Positions 48,726 to 58,000 of a DNA stretch of 64,000 nt are shown in pieces (position 1 is the first letter of the stretch; the number at the start of each line of letters is the position of its first letter). This stretch comes from Alphaproteobacteria bacterium (GTDB lineage Bacteria; Pseudomonadota; Alphaproteobacteria; UBA828): contig CBDCCI010000002.1 in assembly GCA_965214705.1 (NCBI GenBank), forward strand, positions 800,001 through 864,000, given 5' to 3'. The position numbers and the translations under genes were made by a program. The notes beneath the pieces are model-generated. The model was not told the DNA's origin, did no database searches, and saw only the letters and a program-made list of their open reading frames with translations.

Positions 48726-49769
48726 CTACGGGATCAGCACCGCGCGCCCCTTGACCGTCCCGGCATGGAGGTCGTGCAGCGCCCGGTTGGCGTCGGCGAG
48801 CGCGTATTCGCGGGTCGCGAGCGTCACTAGCCCCCGGTCCGCGAGCGCCATCAGCTCCACCAGCTCGGCATAGGTGCCCACCAGATTGCCGACGATGGTC
48901 TTCTCCGAGACGATCATGTCGATCGCCGGGATCTGGACGCGCCCGCCGTAGCCGACGATGTAGTAGAAGCCGTCGTTGCGGGTCATGGCGAGGCCCTTGT
49001 CGATGGCATCGCCCTCACCGACGAAGTCGATCACCGCCTCCGCGCCGTGCCCGCCGGTAAGCGAGAGCACCTCATCGACCGCGCCGTCACCCCCGCGCAC
49101 CACGTGGTGGGCGCCGCATTCCTTGGCGAGCCCGAGCGCCAGGTCGGAATAGTCGATCACGATAATCTCCGCCGCGCACAGCGCCGCCAGCGACTGGATG
49201 CCGATATGGCCGAGCCCGCCGGCGCCGATGATCACGGCGTACTCGCCCGGCACCAGGTGGCCGGCAGCCTTCTTGGCGACGCGGTAGGCGGTGAGGCCTG
49301 CGTCGGTGTAGGGCGCCACGTCCTTGGGTGCGAGGCTCTGGGGCAGCTTGATCAGCGCACGCTCCCCGGTGTGCAGGTAGTCGGCATAGCCGCCGGCCGC
49401 GTTGATACCGGGAAAGCTGCTCTCGCCCGCGTGCATGTCGTTGCCGCGCCGGCAGGCGAGGCAGTGGCCGCTGGTCACCAGCGGGTGGCAGATCACCGGG
49501 TCGCCGACCTCGACGCTCTCCACGCCGCTGCCGACCTCCTCCACCCAGCCCGCGTTCTCGTGGCCCATGATGTGGGGGAAGGCCACATCCACATGCCCCT
49601 TCCACACGCCCTCGATGATGTGGAGATCGGTGCGGCAGACGCCAGCACCGCCGATGCGGACGATCACGTCCGTGGGCTTCGTGATCTTGGGATCGTCCAC
49701 CTCCTCGTAGGTCACGAATTCGGGGCTGGTGAGAGCCTCGTCGTAGCCGTGGAGCGTCGCTGCCTTCAT
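48726..49769 (-). CDS. Zn-dependent NAD(P) alcohol dehydrogenase
   Basis: GVCRTDLH, MGHENAG, IGAGGLGH and GRAVLIP. Confidence 0.92.
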   Translation of the reverse strand: MKAATLHGYDEALTSPEFVTYEEVDDPKITKPTDVIVRIGGAGVCRTDLHIIEGVWKGHVDVAFPHIMGHENAGWVEEVGSGVESVEVGDPVICHPLVTSGHCLACRRGNDMHAGESSFPGINAAGGYADYLHTGERALIKLPQSLAPKDVAPYTDAGLTAYRVAKKAAGHLVPGEYAVIIGAGGLGHIGIQSLAALCAAEIIVIDYSDLALGLAKECGAHHVVRGGDGAVDEVLSLTGGHGAEAVIDFVGEGDAIDKGLAMTRNDGFYYIVGYGGRVQIPAIDMIVSEKTIVGNLVGTYAELVELMALADRGLVTLATREYALADANRALHDLHAGTVKGRAVLIP

Positions 49770-49789
49770 GGGGTCCTCCGGTGATTGGT

Positions 49790-50845
49790 TCAGTTCAGTC
49801 GTTGTCCGGTCTCGGGGTCGAACAAGTGCACGGCGCCCGCGCGGGGGCCGAGCGCCAGCGTCTCGCCCTCGTGGACCGCGGTGTAGCGTGGCAGGCGGAC
49901 CGTGAGCTCCTGGCCTTCGTCGGTGGTGCAGAAGACCAGCGTGTCCGCGCCCATGGGCTCGACCAGCGTGACCAGCGCGCTGAGCCTGCCCCGGCCTTGA
50001 GCGCCGTCGGGCAGCAGGTCCTCGGGCCGGATACCGACGGTGACTGGCCCGCTCGCCGCGCCCGCGGCAGCCGTCTCGGTCTCGCCGACGCGCACGATGC
50101 CATCCGCCGCCGTGCCTTGCAGGAAGTTCATCGCCGGCGAGCCGATGAAGCCCGCGACGAACTCGTTGACCGGCCGCTCGTAGAGCTCGTCGGGGTCGCC
50201 GATCTGCTCGATCCGCCCGTCGCGCAGCACCACCACGCGGTCCGCCAGCGTCATGGCCTCGACCTGGTCATGGGTGACGTAGACCGAGGTGCGCCGCATC
50301 TCCTGGTGCAGCCGCTTGATCACCGTGCGCAGCCGCACGCGCAGCTCGGCGTCAAGGTTGGAGAGCGGCTCGTCGAACAGGAAGATGCGCGGGTCCCGCA
50401 CCAGCGCCCGGCCGATGGCGACCCGCTGGCGCTGGCCGCCCGACATCTGGCGCGGGCGGCGGCGCAGCAGCTCGGTGATCTCCAGCCGCCCGGCCACCTC
50501 GCGCACCTTGCGGTCCACGGTCTTGCGGTCCACGCCGCGGATGCGCTGGTTGAAGGCGAGGTTGTCGAACACGTTCATGTGCGGGTAGAGGGCGTGGCTC
50601 TGGAACACCATCGCCACGTCTCGGTCCTTGGGCGCGATGCCGGCCATGTCCTTGCCGTCGATGGAGACCGAGCCCTCGCTCTGGCGCTCCAGCCCGGCGA
50701 CGATCCTGAGCAGCGTGGACTTGCCGCTGCCCGACGGCCCCACCAGCACCACGAACTCGTTGTCGTGGACCGTGAGGTCGATCTCCTGCAGCGCCGCGAC
50801 CGGGCCGAAGCGCTTGAAGACGCCGCTGACTACGACTTCCGCCAC
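49790..50845 (-). CDS. CUT1 ABC transporter ATPase
   Basis: GPSGSGKST, MSGGQRQRVA, FDEPLSNLDA and YVTHDQ. Confidence 0.93.
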   Translation of the reverse strand: MAEVVVSGVFKRFGPVAALQEIDLTVHDNEFVVLVGPSGSGKSTLLRIVAGLERQSEGSVSIDGKDMAGIAPKDRDVAMVFQSHALYPHMNVFDNLAFNQRIRGVDRKTVDRKVREVAGRLEITELLRRRPRQMSGGQRQRVAIGRALVRDPRIFLFDEPLSNLDAELRVRLRTVIKRLHQEMRRTSVYVTHDQVEAMTLADRVVVLRDGRIEQIGDPDELYERPVNEFVAGFIGSPAMNFLQGTAADGIVRVGETETAAAGAASGPVTVGIRPEDLLPDGAQGRGRLSALVTLVEPMGADTLVFCTTDEGQELTVRLPRYTAVHEGETLALGPRAGAVHLFDPETGQRLN

Positions 50846-50849
50846 GGGC

Positions 50850-51758
50850 CTACTCCCGGATCACGCCGGCGAGCGTGCCGCGCGCCAGGTAGCGCTCCAG
50901 CACGAACGCGATGATGACCAGCGGCAGCACCGAGACCAGCGCGGACGCGCTCAGGCTCCACCACGGCACCTTGTTGGAATTGAGGATTACGATGGTGGGC
51001 GGCAGCAGCTGCACCTTGGCGAAGGTGAGCGTGAGCGCGAAGAAGAAGTCGCTCCATGAGAAGATGATGCAGAGCAGCGTCGCCACCACCATGCCCGGTG
51101 CGCAGTTGGGCAGGATGATGCGGTAGAACGCCTGGATCGGGTTGCAGCCGTCGATCAGCGCCGCCTCGTCGAGCTCGATGGGCACGGTGTTGAAGAAATC
51201 CACCATCACCCAGACCACGATGGGCAGCAGCATCGCGACGTAGACCAGGATCAGCCCAAGGTGGGTGTCCAGCAGGCCGGTGAAGCGCAGCAGCAGGAAG
51301 TAGGGGATCGCCAGCACCGCCGGCGGCATGATGCGCTGGGAGATGAAGAAGAAGGTGATATCGTTGTTGCCCAAGGGGCCTGCGCGGAAAGTAAAGCGCG
51401 AGAGCCCGTAGGCCGCGAGCGTGCCGAGGAAGAGCGCGATCGAGGTCGAGATCAGGCTCACCACCAGGCTCGAGAGGTAGGGTCCCTGCATGCTGATGCC
51501 GCCGGAGCTGGTATCGCGGAAGAGCGCGGTCCAGCCGTCCACGGTTGGCTCGTATTCGAGGAAGGGGATGTAGGTCGCGCCGCCGACCACGCCGGGGTCG
51601 CTCTTGAACGAGGTCGACAGCGCCCAGAGGAAGGGCGCCACCACGAAGATCGCCCAGGCGATCAGCGCGGCGTACTTGAGCACGCGGTAGAGGTCCGCCT
51701 TGAACCCGCTCATGGCGATGCCGCGCACGCGCTCCTGCGCTGGCTCGTGCGCGCTCAT
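50850..51758 (-). CDS. CUT1 ABC permease 2
   Basis: VPIELDEAALIDGC and FSWSDFFFA. ATG 51758 overlaps the upstream stop. Confidence 0.9.
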   Translation of the reverse strand: MSAHEPAQERVRGIAMSGFKADLYRVLKYAALIAWAIFVVAPFLWALSTSFKSDPGVVGGATYIPFLEYEPTVDGWTALFRDTSSGGISMQGPYLSSLVVSLISTSIALFLGTLAAYGLSRFTFRAGPLGNNDITFFFISQRIMPPAVLAIPYFLLLRFTGLLDTHLGLILVYVAMLLPIVVWVMVDFFNTVPIELDEAALIDGCNPIQAFYRIILPNCAPGMVVATLLCIIFSWSDFFFALTLTFAKVQLLPPTIVILNSNKVPWWSLSASALVSVLPLVIIAFVLERYLARGTLAGVIRE

Positions 51759-52639
51759 ACCCGCACCGGCCCCTGCCGCCCGATCATCAGCCGGCTCAGG
51801 CTGCGGGCGAAGATGGTGAGCGCGATGATCATGATCGCGAGATAGATGATCGAGAGCGAGGCGGTGTAGCCGATCTGAAATTCGCGCAAGCCCCTGATAT
51901 AGAGAAGATAGCTTGTGGTCTCGGTGGACGAGCCGGGGCCGCCGGAGGTGAGCGCGTAGATCGTCTCCATCAGCTTGGAGGATTCGATCAGGCGGATGAT
52001 CAGCGCGCCCAGCGTGATCGGCGCCATCAGCGGGAAGGTGACGTGGACGAAGGTGCGGATCGGCCCGGCGCCGTCGATCTGGGCCGCCTCGTAGGGCTCG
52101 CGCGGCAGCGACATGAGCCCCGCCAGCAGCAGGATGAACATGAAGGAGGTCCACTGCCAGACGTCGATGATGACCACCGCGGCGAAGGCGGGGCCGGACT
52201 TGCTCAGCCACGGCACGCCTGGGATGCCGAACCAGCTCAGCACGTCGTTCAGCGGCCCTAGAGTCTCGTGGAAGATGGTGCGCCAGACCACGGCCATCAC
52301 CACCGGCGTCACGCACATCGGCACGATGAAGAGCACGCGGAAGAAGCGACCGGCGCGCACGTCCTTCCACAGCATGAGCGCCAGCGCGAAGCCCAGCAGG
52401 TACTCGAAGACGACGCAGAAGAGCACCATCAGGTAGAGGGTGCCCATGGAATCCCAGAAGCGCCCGTCGGTGATGGCGCGGGCGTAGTTGTCCCAACCGA
52501 TATAGTCGAGCTCGGGGAAGTTCACGTCCCAGCCGGAGAGGCTGAGGCGCACGGTGTAGATCAGCGGAAAGATGATGATCGCGACCAGCGCGAGCAGCGC
52601 CGGAAGCAGAAAGATGTGCTTGTAGCGCGAGTCCAGCAT
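51755..52639 (-). CDS. CUT1 ABC permease 1
   Basis: DVWQWTSF, LLAGL.SLP.EPYEAAQIDGA and LTSGGPG. Confidence 0.92.
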   Translation of the reverse strand: MLDSRYKHIFLLPALLALVAIIIFPLIYTVRLSLSGWDVNFPELDYIGWDNYARAITDGRFWDSMGTLYLMVLFCVVFEYLLGFALALMLWKDVRAGRFFRVLFIVPMCVTPVVMAVVWRTIFHETLGPLNDVLSWFGIPGVPWLSKSGPAFAAVVIIDVWQWTSFMFILLLAGLMSLPREPYEAAQIDGAGPIRTFVHVTFPLMAPITLGALIIRLIESSKLMETIYALTSGGPGSSTETTSYLLYIRGLREFQIGYTASLSIIYLAIMIIALTIFARSLSRLMIGRQGPVRV

Positions 52640-52654
52640 GGCCGTGCGAAGAAT

Positions 52655-52680
52655 GACCGGCGGGCTTCAGCCCGCCGGTC
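52655..52680 (-). terminator. Intercistronic hairpin after the SBP gene
   Basis: GACCGGCGGGCT-TC-AGCCCGCCGGTC perfect inverted repeat. Confidence 0.55.
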
Positions 52681-52721
52681 TCTTCAAGCGAGGTCTAACG
52701 CTATTCCGGATTCCGCCGGTC

Positions 52722-54296
52722 CTATTGGACCTGATCCAGCGAGACGTTGTCCTCGAGCGCGACCACGTTCTTGTAGGCCTCGCGGATCGCGTCGACGCCG
52801 ATCCGGTCGGCGATGCGGGTCCATTCCTCGGCGACCTCGTCGAGCGCGGCCTGGGCCGTCATCTCGCCCGCCATCGCCTTGGCGACACCTGCCATCATGG
52901 CGGTGTAGAACTGGTTGACGCCGGGCACGCGCAGGTCGAAGACCCGGTTGGTGCTCGTGTCCATGCCCCGCAGCATGTCGGTGAAGCTCACCGCCACCGC
53001 GCGATCCCAGCCGGCTTCCTGCTCCCAGTAGTCGGGATCCATGTGGCTGGTGCGGAAGGGATTGACGCCGAAGCGGCCGATCAGCAGGTCGTGGTTGGTG
53101 TTGGCGTAGTTCGAGAAGAAGCAGAACCAGTCGAACGCCATCTCCTGCTCTTCGCTGTACCTGGAGACGCCGGCGCCCCAGCCCCAGGTCACGTAAGGCG
53201 CGACCGAGGGGGTCTCGAACTCGTCCCACTGGCCGCTGACCCGGTTCCATACCTTGTGCGAGCCCATGGAGGGGCCGTACTGGGTGCCGACGCGGATCTT
53301 GTTGCGGATCGGCGAATCCGGCTGCATCGCCTGGATGAAGGCATCGTCCCAGGTGACGCTCATCAGCGACTCACCGCCGCCCCAGGAGAAGATCTCGTCG
53401 CCGATGCCGAAGTTGATCCCGCCGGGCGGCATGTAGCGGAGCGCGTCCATCCACATCTCCAGCCCCTTGACGAAGCCCGGATTGTTGACCTGCGGGGTCA
53501 TGGTCTCGAGATCGAACCAGAAGCCACCGGTCACGTTCGGGTTCTTGGCGTAGGAGGCGACGCGGGTGATGAAGTTGGCGAAGGCCACGTCGTCGCGCTT
53601 GACGATCTCGGTCGAGCCGTACTCCAGCTCGCCGTCGCCGTCCCAGTCCCAGCCGCTGAAGAAGGTGGCGACCTCGGCGTATTCCTCCCAGGTCGTCGGG
53701 ATGGCGAGATCGCGGCCGTACTCGGCCTTGAACTTGGCCTGGTTATCCGCGTCCTCGAAGGGCGGCAGGATGTACTTGAAGTAGTTCCGGTCGCCGTCGA
53801 AGGTGTACTGCAGGCGCTCGCCGTTCCAGCTGGCGACACCCTGATAGGCCGGCGTAATGTCCTTCATCTCGTCGGTGTCGAGATACTTCTGGGGCACGGC
53901 TGCCAGGTGCGGCGCCCAGTCGCCGATCCAGTAGGAGCCGCCGTAGACGATGTCATAGACGTGCTGGCCGGTCTGGAACGGGATCATCACCTTCTGGTAG
54001 AGCTCGCCGAAGGGGGCGTGCACCACGTTCACCGTGCCGCCGGTCAGCTCCTCGAACTGCTTGGAGTGCAGCGCCACCGGCTCGCCCATCACGGGCACGG
54101 CGTGGGTCAGGATGGTGATCTCGTGCCCGGTGTAGTCCTTCGCGTCGGTGGACGCGTAGGAGCAGATGCCCGGATGGTCTTCCTTGATCCCGTACTTCGC
54201 GACGTAGTCGGTCTCCGCGAAGGCGGGCATCGTCAAGGCCACGCCGACCGTGCCGAGCACGCCGGCCGCCAGAACGGTTCTCGGATGCATTGTCAT
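52722..54296 (-). CDS. CUT1 ABC substrate-binding protein
   Basis: Signal peptide ending PAFA; FEELTG..V.V..PFGELYQK, PTTWEEY and NPFR.SH. Lies upstream of the two permeases. Confidence 0.9.
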   Translation of the reverse strand: MTMHPRTVLAAGVLGTVGVALTMPAFAETDYVAKYGIKEDHPGICSYASTDAKDYTGHEITILTHAVPVMGEPVALHSKQFEELTGGTVNVVHAPFGELYQKVMIPFQTGQHVYDIVYGGSYWIGDWAPHLAAVPQKYLDTDEMKDITPAYQGVASWNGERLQYTFDGDRNYFKYILPPFEDADNQAKFKAEYGRDLAIPTTWEEYAEVATFFSGWDWDGDGELEYGSTEIVKRDDVAFANFITRVASYAKNPNVTGGFWFDLETMTPQVNNPGFVKGLEMWMDALRYMPPGGINFGIGDEIFSWGGGESLMSVTWDDAFIQAMQPDSPIRNKIRVGTQYGPSMGSHKVWNRVSGQWDEFETPSVAPYVTWGWGAGVSRYSEEQEMAFDWFCFFSNYANTNHDLLIGRFGVNPFRTSHMDPDYWEQEAGWDRAVAVSFTDMLRGMDTSTNRVFDLRVPGVNQFYTAMMAGVAKAMAGEMTAQAALDEVAEEWTRIADRIGVDAIREAYKNVVALEDNVSLDQVQ

Positions 54297-54445
54297 CTCC
54301 CTGAGTGGCTTGCGGAACGCCGCACGGCGCCGTTGCCGCGGCGGCGTCGGCTCACGGCCGGCGAGTATGCGTCATCGCCCGCGGGCCAAGCAAGGAGTGG
54401 CCCGCAGTGTGCCGTGCAGATCGTGACCGCGGCTAAAATCGCCGG

Positions 54446-56110
54446 CTAAATCTTGCCCTCGACCGCCGCCTCGATCAGGTAGGGGGCGCCCGAGGCGAGA
54501 CCATCCTTCACTGCCTGGGCCAGCTCGTCCGGCTCGGTGACGCGGGTGCCGGCGACGCCCATCCCGGCTGCCATCTCGACGAAGCCCAGAGGCGGATCGA
54601 CCAGGTCCATCTGTACGTAAGGGTGGTTGGAGCCCACGCCGAAGCGCTTCCGGTAGATGTCGAGGTTGTGCTTGAGGATGCGGTATTCGGCGTTGGCAAG
54701 GATGACGAAGACGATGGGCAGCCGGTGGTGCGCCGCGGTCCAGAGCGCCTGGATGCTGTACATCGCCGAGCCGTCGCCCGAGAGGCAGACCATCGGGCGC
54801 TCCGGCATCGCCAGATTGACGCCGAGCGCGCCCGCGATCCCCTGGCCGATGCCGCCGCCGCGGCCGCAGAAGTAGTCGCCATGCCCGCCGAAGCTGAAGG
54901 CCTTGGGAATCTCGGGGCTGCCAGTGATCGCCTCCTCGACGATGATCACGTCCTCCGGCACCGCCGTCGCCAGCGCCTCGAGCATGATCGGCACCGGCAT
55001 GGGCCGCCGCTCGCGCATGCCGTTGAGGCGGGTAAGCCTGTCCCCCCGCTCCTTCTCGGCGAAGCCGGCCAGCACCCGGTTCCGCTCCGCGGCCTCGGCG
55101 ACGTAGGCGTCCGAGCGTTCCATCTCCACCTGGGCGCAGAGCGCCTCCAGCGTAGGCCTCAGGCCCGCGATCAGGCCCGCATCGAGGCCGTGGTTGCGGG
55201 CGAGCCGCTCGGTCGATTCCTCGATGTGCAGCACCTTGGCTCCGGGCGGGAACGGCCCGCTGGGCGCGTACCACACCTCCTCGAAGAAGGGGCCGCCCAC
55301 CATGAGCACCGCGTCCGCCCCGCCGAAGGTCTTCGCGATGGTGGCGGGGTCGGTAGGAATGCGGCCCCGGTAGTTGGGGTGCATGTTGGGGACCGGCTGG
55401 TGCTGGTGGATCAGCTCGGTCCAGATGCCGGCGCCGGTCGCCTCGGCCAGCGCAACCAGCGCCTCGCCCGCTCCGCTGCGCGCGACATCGTCGCCGATCA
55501 TGATGGCGGGCTCGCTCGCGGCCAGCAGCAGCCGGACCATGGCGGCGACGCCCTCCGGGTCCGGCGGGGGCGCGCGCCAGAGCGGGCCGGCGGCGCGGGC
55601 CTCGACCTCGGTCTGCTGCTCCATCACGTTGATCGGCAGCGCGACGAAGACCGGGCCGGACGGCGCATCGTGCGCGATCTTGAAGGCACGCCGCACGATG
55701 GGCGCGATCTCGTCCGCGCTTTCCGCCTGCACGCTCCACTTCACCACCGGCGCCGCCATGGCCACCAGGTCGTGGCCGAGGATGGGATCGCGCAGGCGGA
55801 GCCGCGTGTCCTGCTGGCCGGCGGTGACCACCATGGGCGAGTTGGTGCGGAGCGCGCCGAAGATCATGCCGATGGCGTTACCGAGGCCGGGCGCCACGTG
55901 CAGATTCACCACGCCGGCGCGGCCGCAGGCCTGGGCGTAGTAGCTCGCGGCCCCGATGGCGACGCCCTCGTGCAGCGCGAGCACGTACTCGATGCCCTGA
56001 TAGCGCGCGAGGCTGTCGATCAGCGGGCTCTCGGTGGTGCCGGGGTTGCCGAACATGTGCTGGACCCCGTGCGCCAGCAGGCTCTCCATGAAGACGTCGC
56101 GCCCGTACAT
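54446..56110 (-). CDS. ThDP-dependent benzoylformate decarboxylase-like protein
   Basis: MFGNPGTTESP, LHEGVA, NLHVAPGLGN, TAGQQ and GDGSAMYSIQALWTAA. ATG 56110. Confidence 0.85.
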   Translation of the reverse strand: MYGRDVFMESLLAHGVQHMFGNPGTTESPLIDSLARYQGIEYVLALHEGVAIGAASYYAQACGRAGVVNLHVAPGLGNAIGMIFGALRTNSPMVVTAGQQDTRLRLRDPILGHDLVAMAAPVVKWSVQAESADEIAPIVRRAFKIAHDAPSGPVFVALPINVMEQQTEVEARAAGPLWRAPPPDPEGVAAMVRLLLAASEPAIMIGDDVARSGAGEALVALAEATGAGIWTELIHQHQPVPNMHPNYRGRIPTDPATIAKTFGGADAVLMVGGPFFEEVWYAPSGPFPPGAKVLHIEESTERLARNHGLDAGLIAGLRPTLEALCAQVEMERSDAYVAEAAERNRVLAGFAEKERGDRLTRLNGMRERRPMPVPIMLEALATAVPEDVIIVEEAITGSPEIPKAFSFGGHGDYFCGRGGGIGQGIAGALGVNLAMPERPMVCLSGDGSAMYSIQALWTAAHHRLPIVFVILANAEYRILKHNLDIYRKRFGVGSNHPYVQMDLVDPPLGFVEMAAGMGVAGTRVTEPDELAQAVKDGLASGAPYLIEAAVEGKI

Positions 56111-56208
56111 GTCTCTCGTCCGTTGCTGGGAAACCGCCCGCTGCGGCCGGAGCCGCTCAGGCGCGCATCCTGCCAGAAAGCGCGCCGCCCGGCACCCCGC
56201 CTCGCCGC

Positions 56209-57990
56209 TCAGGCCGAGGCGCGGAGGAGGCGGGTGCGCTCCTCGTCCACGACGATGTCGATGCCGTTGGCGGCGCGGACCAGGGCGACCCGGTAGACAC
56301 TGACCGCGCGCTCGATGCTGAGCCAGCCGCGCGCGACGTCTTCGGCGACGGCCGCAGGGTCCCGTTCGGTCGGATCGCCGTAGCCGCCGCCGGCGACGGT
56401 GCGGTAGTGCATCGCCTCGCCGGGTGCGAGCCGCTCCTCGTGGAACGAGGGGAGAGTGTGCAAGCTGCCGTCCGCCTCCCGCTTCCGGTTGAGCGAGGGC
56501 GCGCCTGCCGCGCCGCCGAGCACGCCCTGCGCCGGGTTCAGGTCGCCGTCGCTGCAATAGAAGACCGAGACCGGACCTGCGAGCGAGCGGTATGCGCCCT
56601 GCGTCGCCGGCGCGCCGTTCCAGCGTCCCGCGCCCATGGTATCCATGGCAATGCGGCGCTCCTCCATCAGGATCGAATACTGCGCCTCGTCGATCTCGAT
56701 CGAATCGATCACCAGCACGCCGCCGCCGTCCGGCGCCTCGTAGGTGAGCCAGCCGTCGTGGCCGTGGGTGCCGGGGCCGCCGGAGAGGCCGACGCAGAAC
56801 TGGTTCACGTAGGGCACCGCCTCACCGTCCCGGTCGTCCAGCCCTGAGACCACGCCGAGGCCGGCTGACATGTTACCGCCGCCTTCCGCCAGCCCGTGGG
56901 GCGCGCCGATCTGCGCGAAGCAGCACTGCACGGCGTTGATGAGGCGGTCGTTGACGTTGGTGGTGGCGACCGAGGTGCCCGCCGGGAAGCTCGGCCGGCC
57001 CACGACGCAGCCGTCCCTGAGCTTCACCCTGATGCGGCTCGCGCTGCCCTCGTTGTGCGGGATCGTCGGGTCGAGGTTGTAGAAGACGCCGATCCGGCAC
57101 GAGCCCGCGGCGCAGGCCTCGGAGAGGTTGACCCCGCCGGGCACGCAGTCCGGATTGTCGCGGAGGTCCACGGTGATGACGCCCTCCTCGGGCTCGACCG
57201 TGACCTCGGCGGTGATCGGGATGCCGTCGTCGGCGACCCCGGGGATCGGGTCGTGGCTGCAGGTGTAGCGCCAGGTGCCGGCGGGGAGCGCGCGGATCGC
57301 CGCCGCCGCGCGCCGCGAACCGTAGTCCATCCAGGCTTCCACGAAGGAGCGCACGGTCTCGATGCCGTAGTGCGCGACCAGCGCCTTTAGCCTGCGCTCG
57401 CCGATGCGGCAGGCGCCCACTTGCGCGCGGTAGTCGCCGTACCAGACGTGCGGCGCGCGGATCTTCTGCAGGCCGATGCGCACGATGTCCGCCTTGTCCT
57501 CGCGCCCCTCCTGAATCCGCACGCAGGGGAAGTGAACGCCCTCCTGATAGAGCGTCGCGGCATAGGGCAGGTAGGTGGTGGGCTCCGGCGCGCCGACATC
57601 GGCGTGGTGCGAGCGCGAGAGCACCCAGAAGAGCGGCTCGCCGTCGGCGAAGACCGGCACGCAGAGCGTCATGTCGGCGTGGTGCGTGACCCCGTGATAG
57701 GGGCTGTTGTTGAAGAAGGCGTCGCCCTCCTTCACGTCGTCGAAGAGCGCGGTGATCGGCTGGGTCGTGAGCTCCAGCGCGCTGACGTGAATCGGCATCG
57801 CCTCCTCGACGCAGATCAGCCGATGGTCGTAGGTGAGGATGCCGCAGGACATGTCGCGCGCGTTGGTGATGACCGCCGAGCGCGAGGCGCGCATCACCGT
57901 GTTGCTCATCTCGCGGATGATCGCCTCCAGCCGGCGGGAGAGCACCGCCATCAGCAGCGGGTCGAAGCGTTCGGGCGTCGTTTCTGCCAT
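56209..57990 (-). CDS. Hydantoinase B / oxoprolinase family subunit
   Basis: REMSNTVMRASRS...ARDMSC, NNSPYHGVTHHAD, RSHHADVG, YQEG and GGGYGDP.ERDP..V..DV..G. Confidence 0.9.
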   Translation of the reverse strand: MAETTPERFDPLLMAVLSRRLEAIIREMSNTVMRASRSAVITNARDMSCGILTYDHRLICVEEAMPIHVSALELTTQPITALFDDVKEGDAFFNNSPYHGVTHHADMTLCVPVFADGEPLFWVLSRSHHADVGAPEPTTYLPYAATLYQEGVHFPCVRIQEGREDKADIVRIGLQKIRAPHVWYGDYRAQVGACRIGERRLKALVAHYGIETVRSFVEAWMDYGSRRAAAAIRALPAGTWRYTCSHDPIPGVADDGIPITAEVTVEPEEGVITVDLRDNPDCVPGGVNLSEACAAGSCRIGVFYNLDPTIPHNEGSASRIRVKLRDGCVVGRPSFPAGTSVATTNVNDRLINAVQCCFAQIGAPHGLAEGGGNMSAGLGVVSGLDDRDGEAVPYVNQFCVGLSGGPGTHGHDGWLTYEAPDGGGVLVIDSIEIDEAQYSILMEERRIAMDTMGAGRWNGAPATQGAYRSLAGPVSVFYCSDGDLNPAQGVLGGAAGAPSLNRKREADGSLHTLPSFHEERLAPGEAMHYRTVAGGGYGDPTERDPAAVAEDVARGWLSIERAVSVYRVALVRAANGIDIVVDEERTRLLRASA

Positions 57991-58000
57991 GTCGGTGCCC

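Noticed and set aside
45606-48830. 1074-aa plus-strand ORF
   Set aside because: Antisense shadow of the LarA-like, SnoaL-like and ThDP genes. Arg/Gly/Ala-rich with no motifs, as expected in high-GC DNA.
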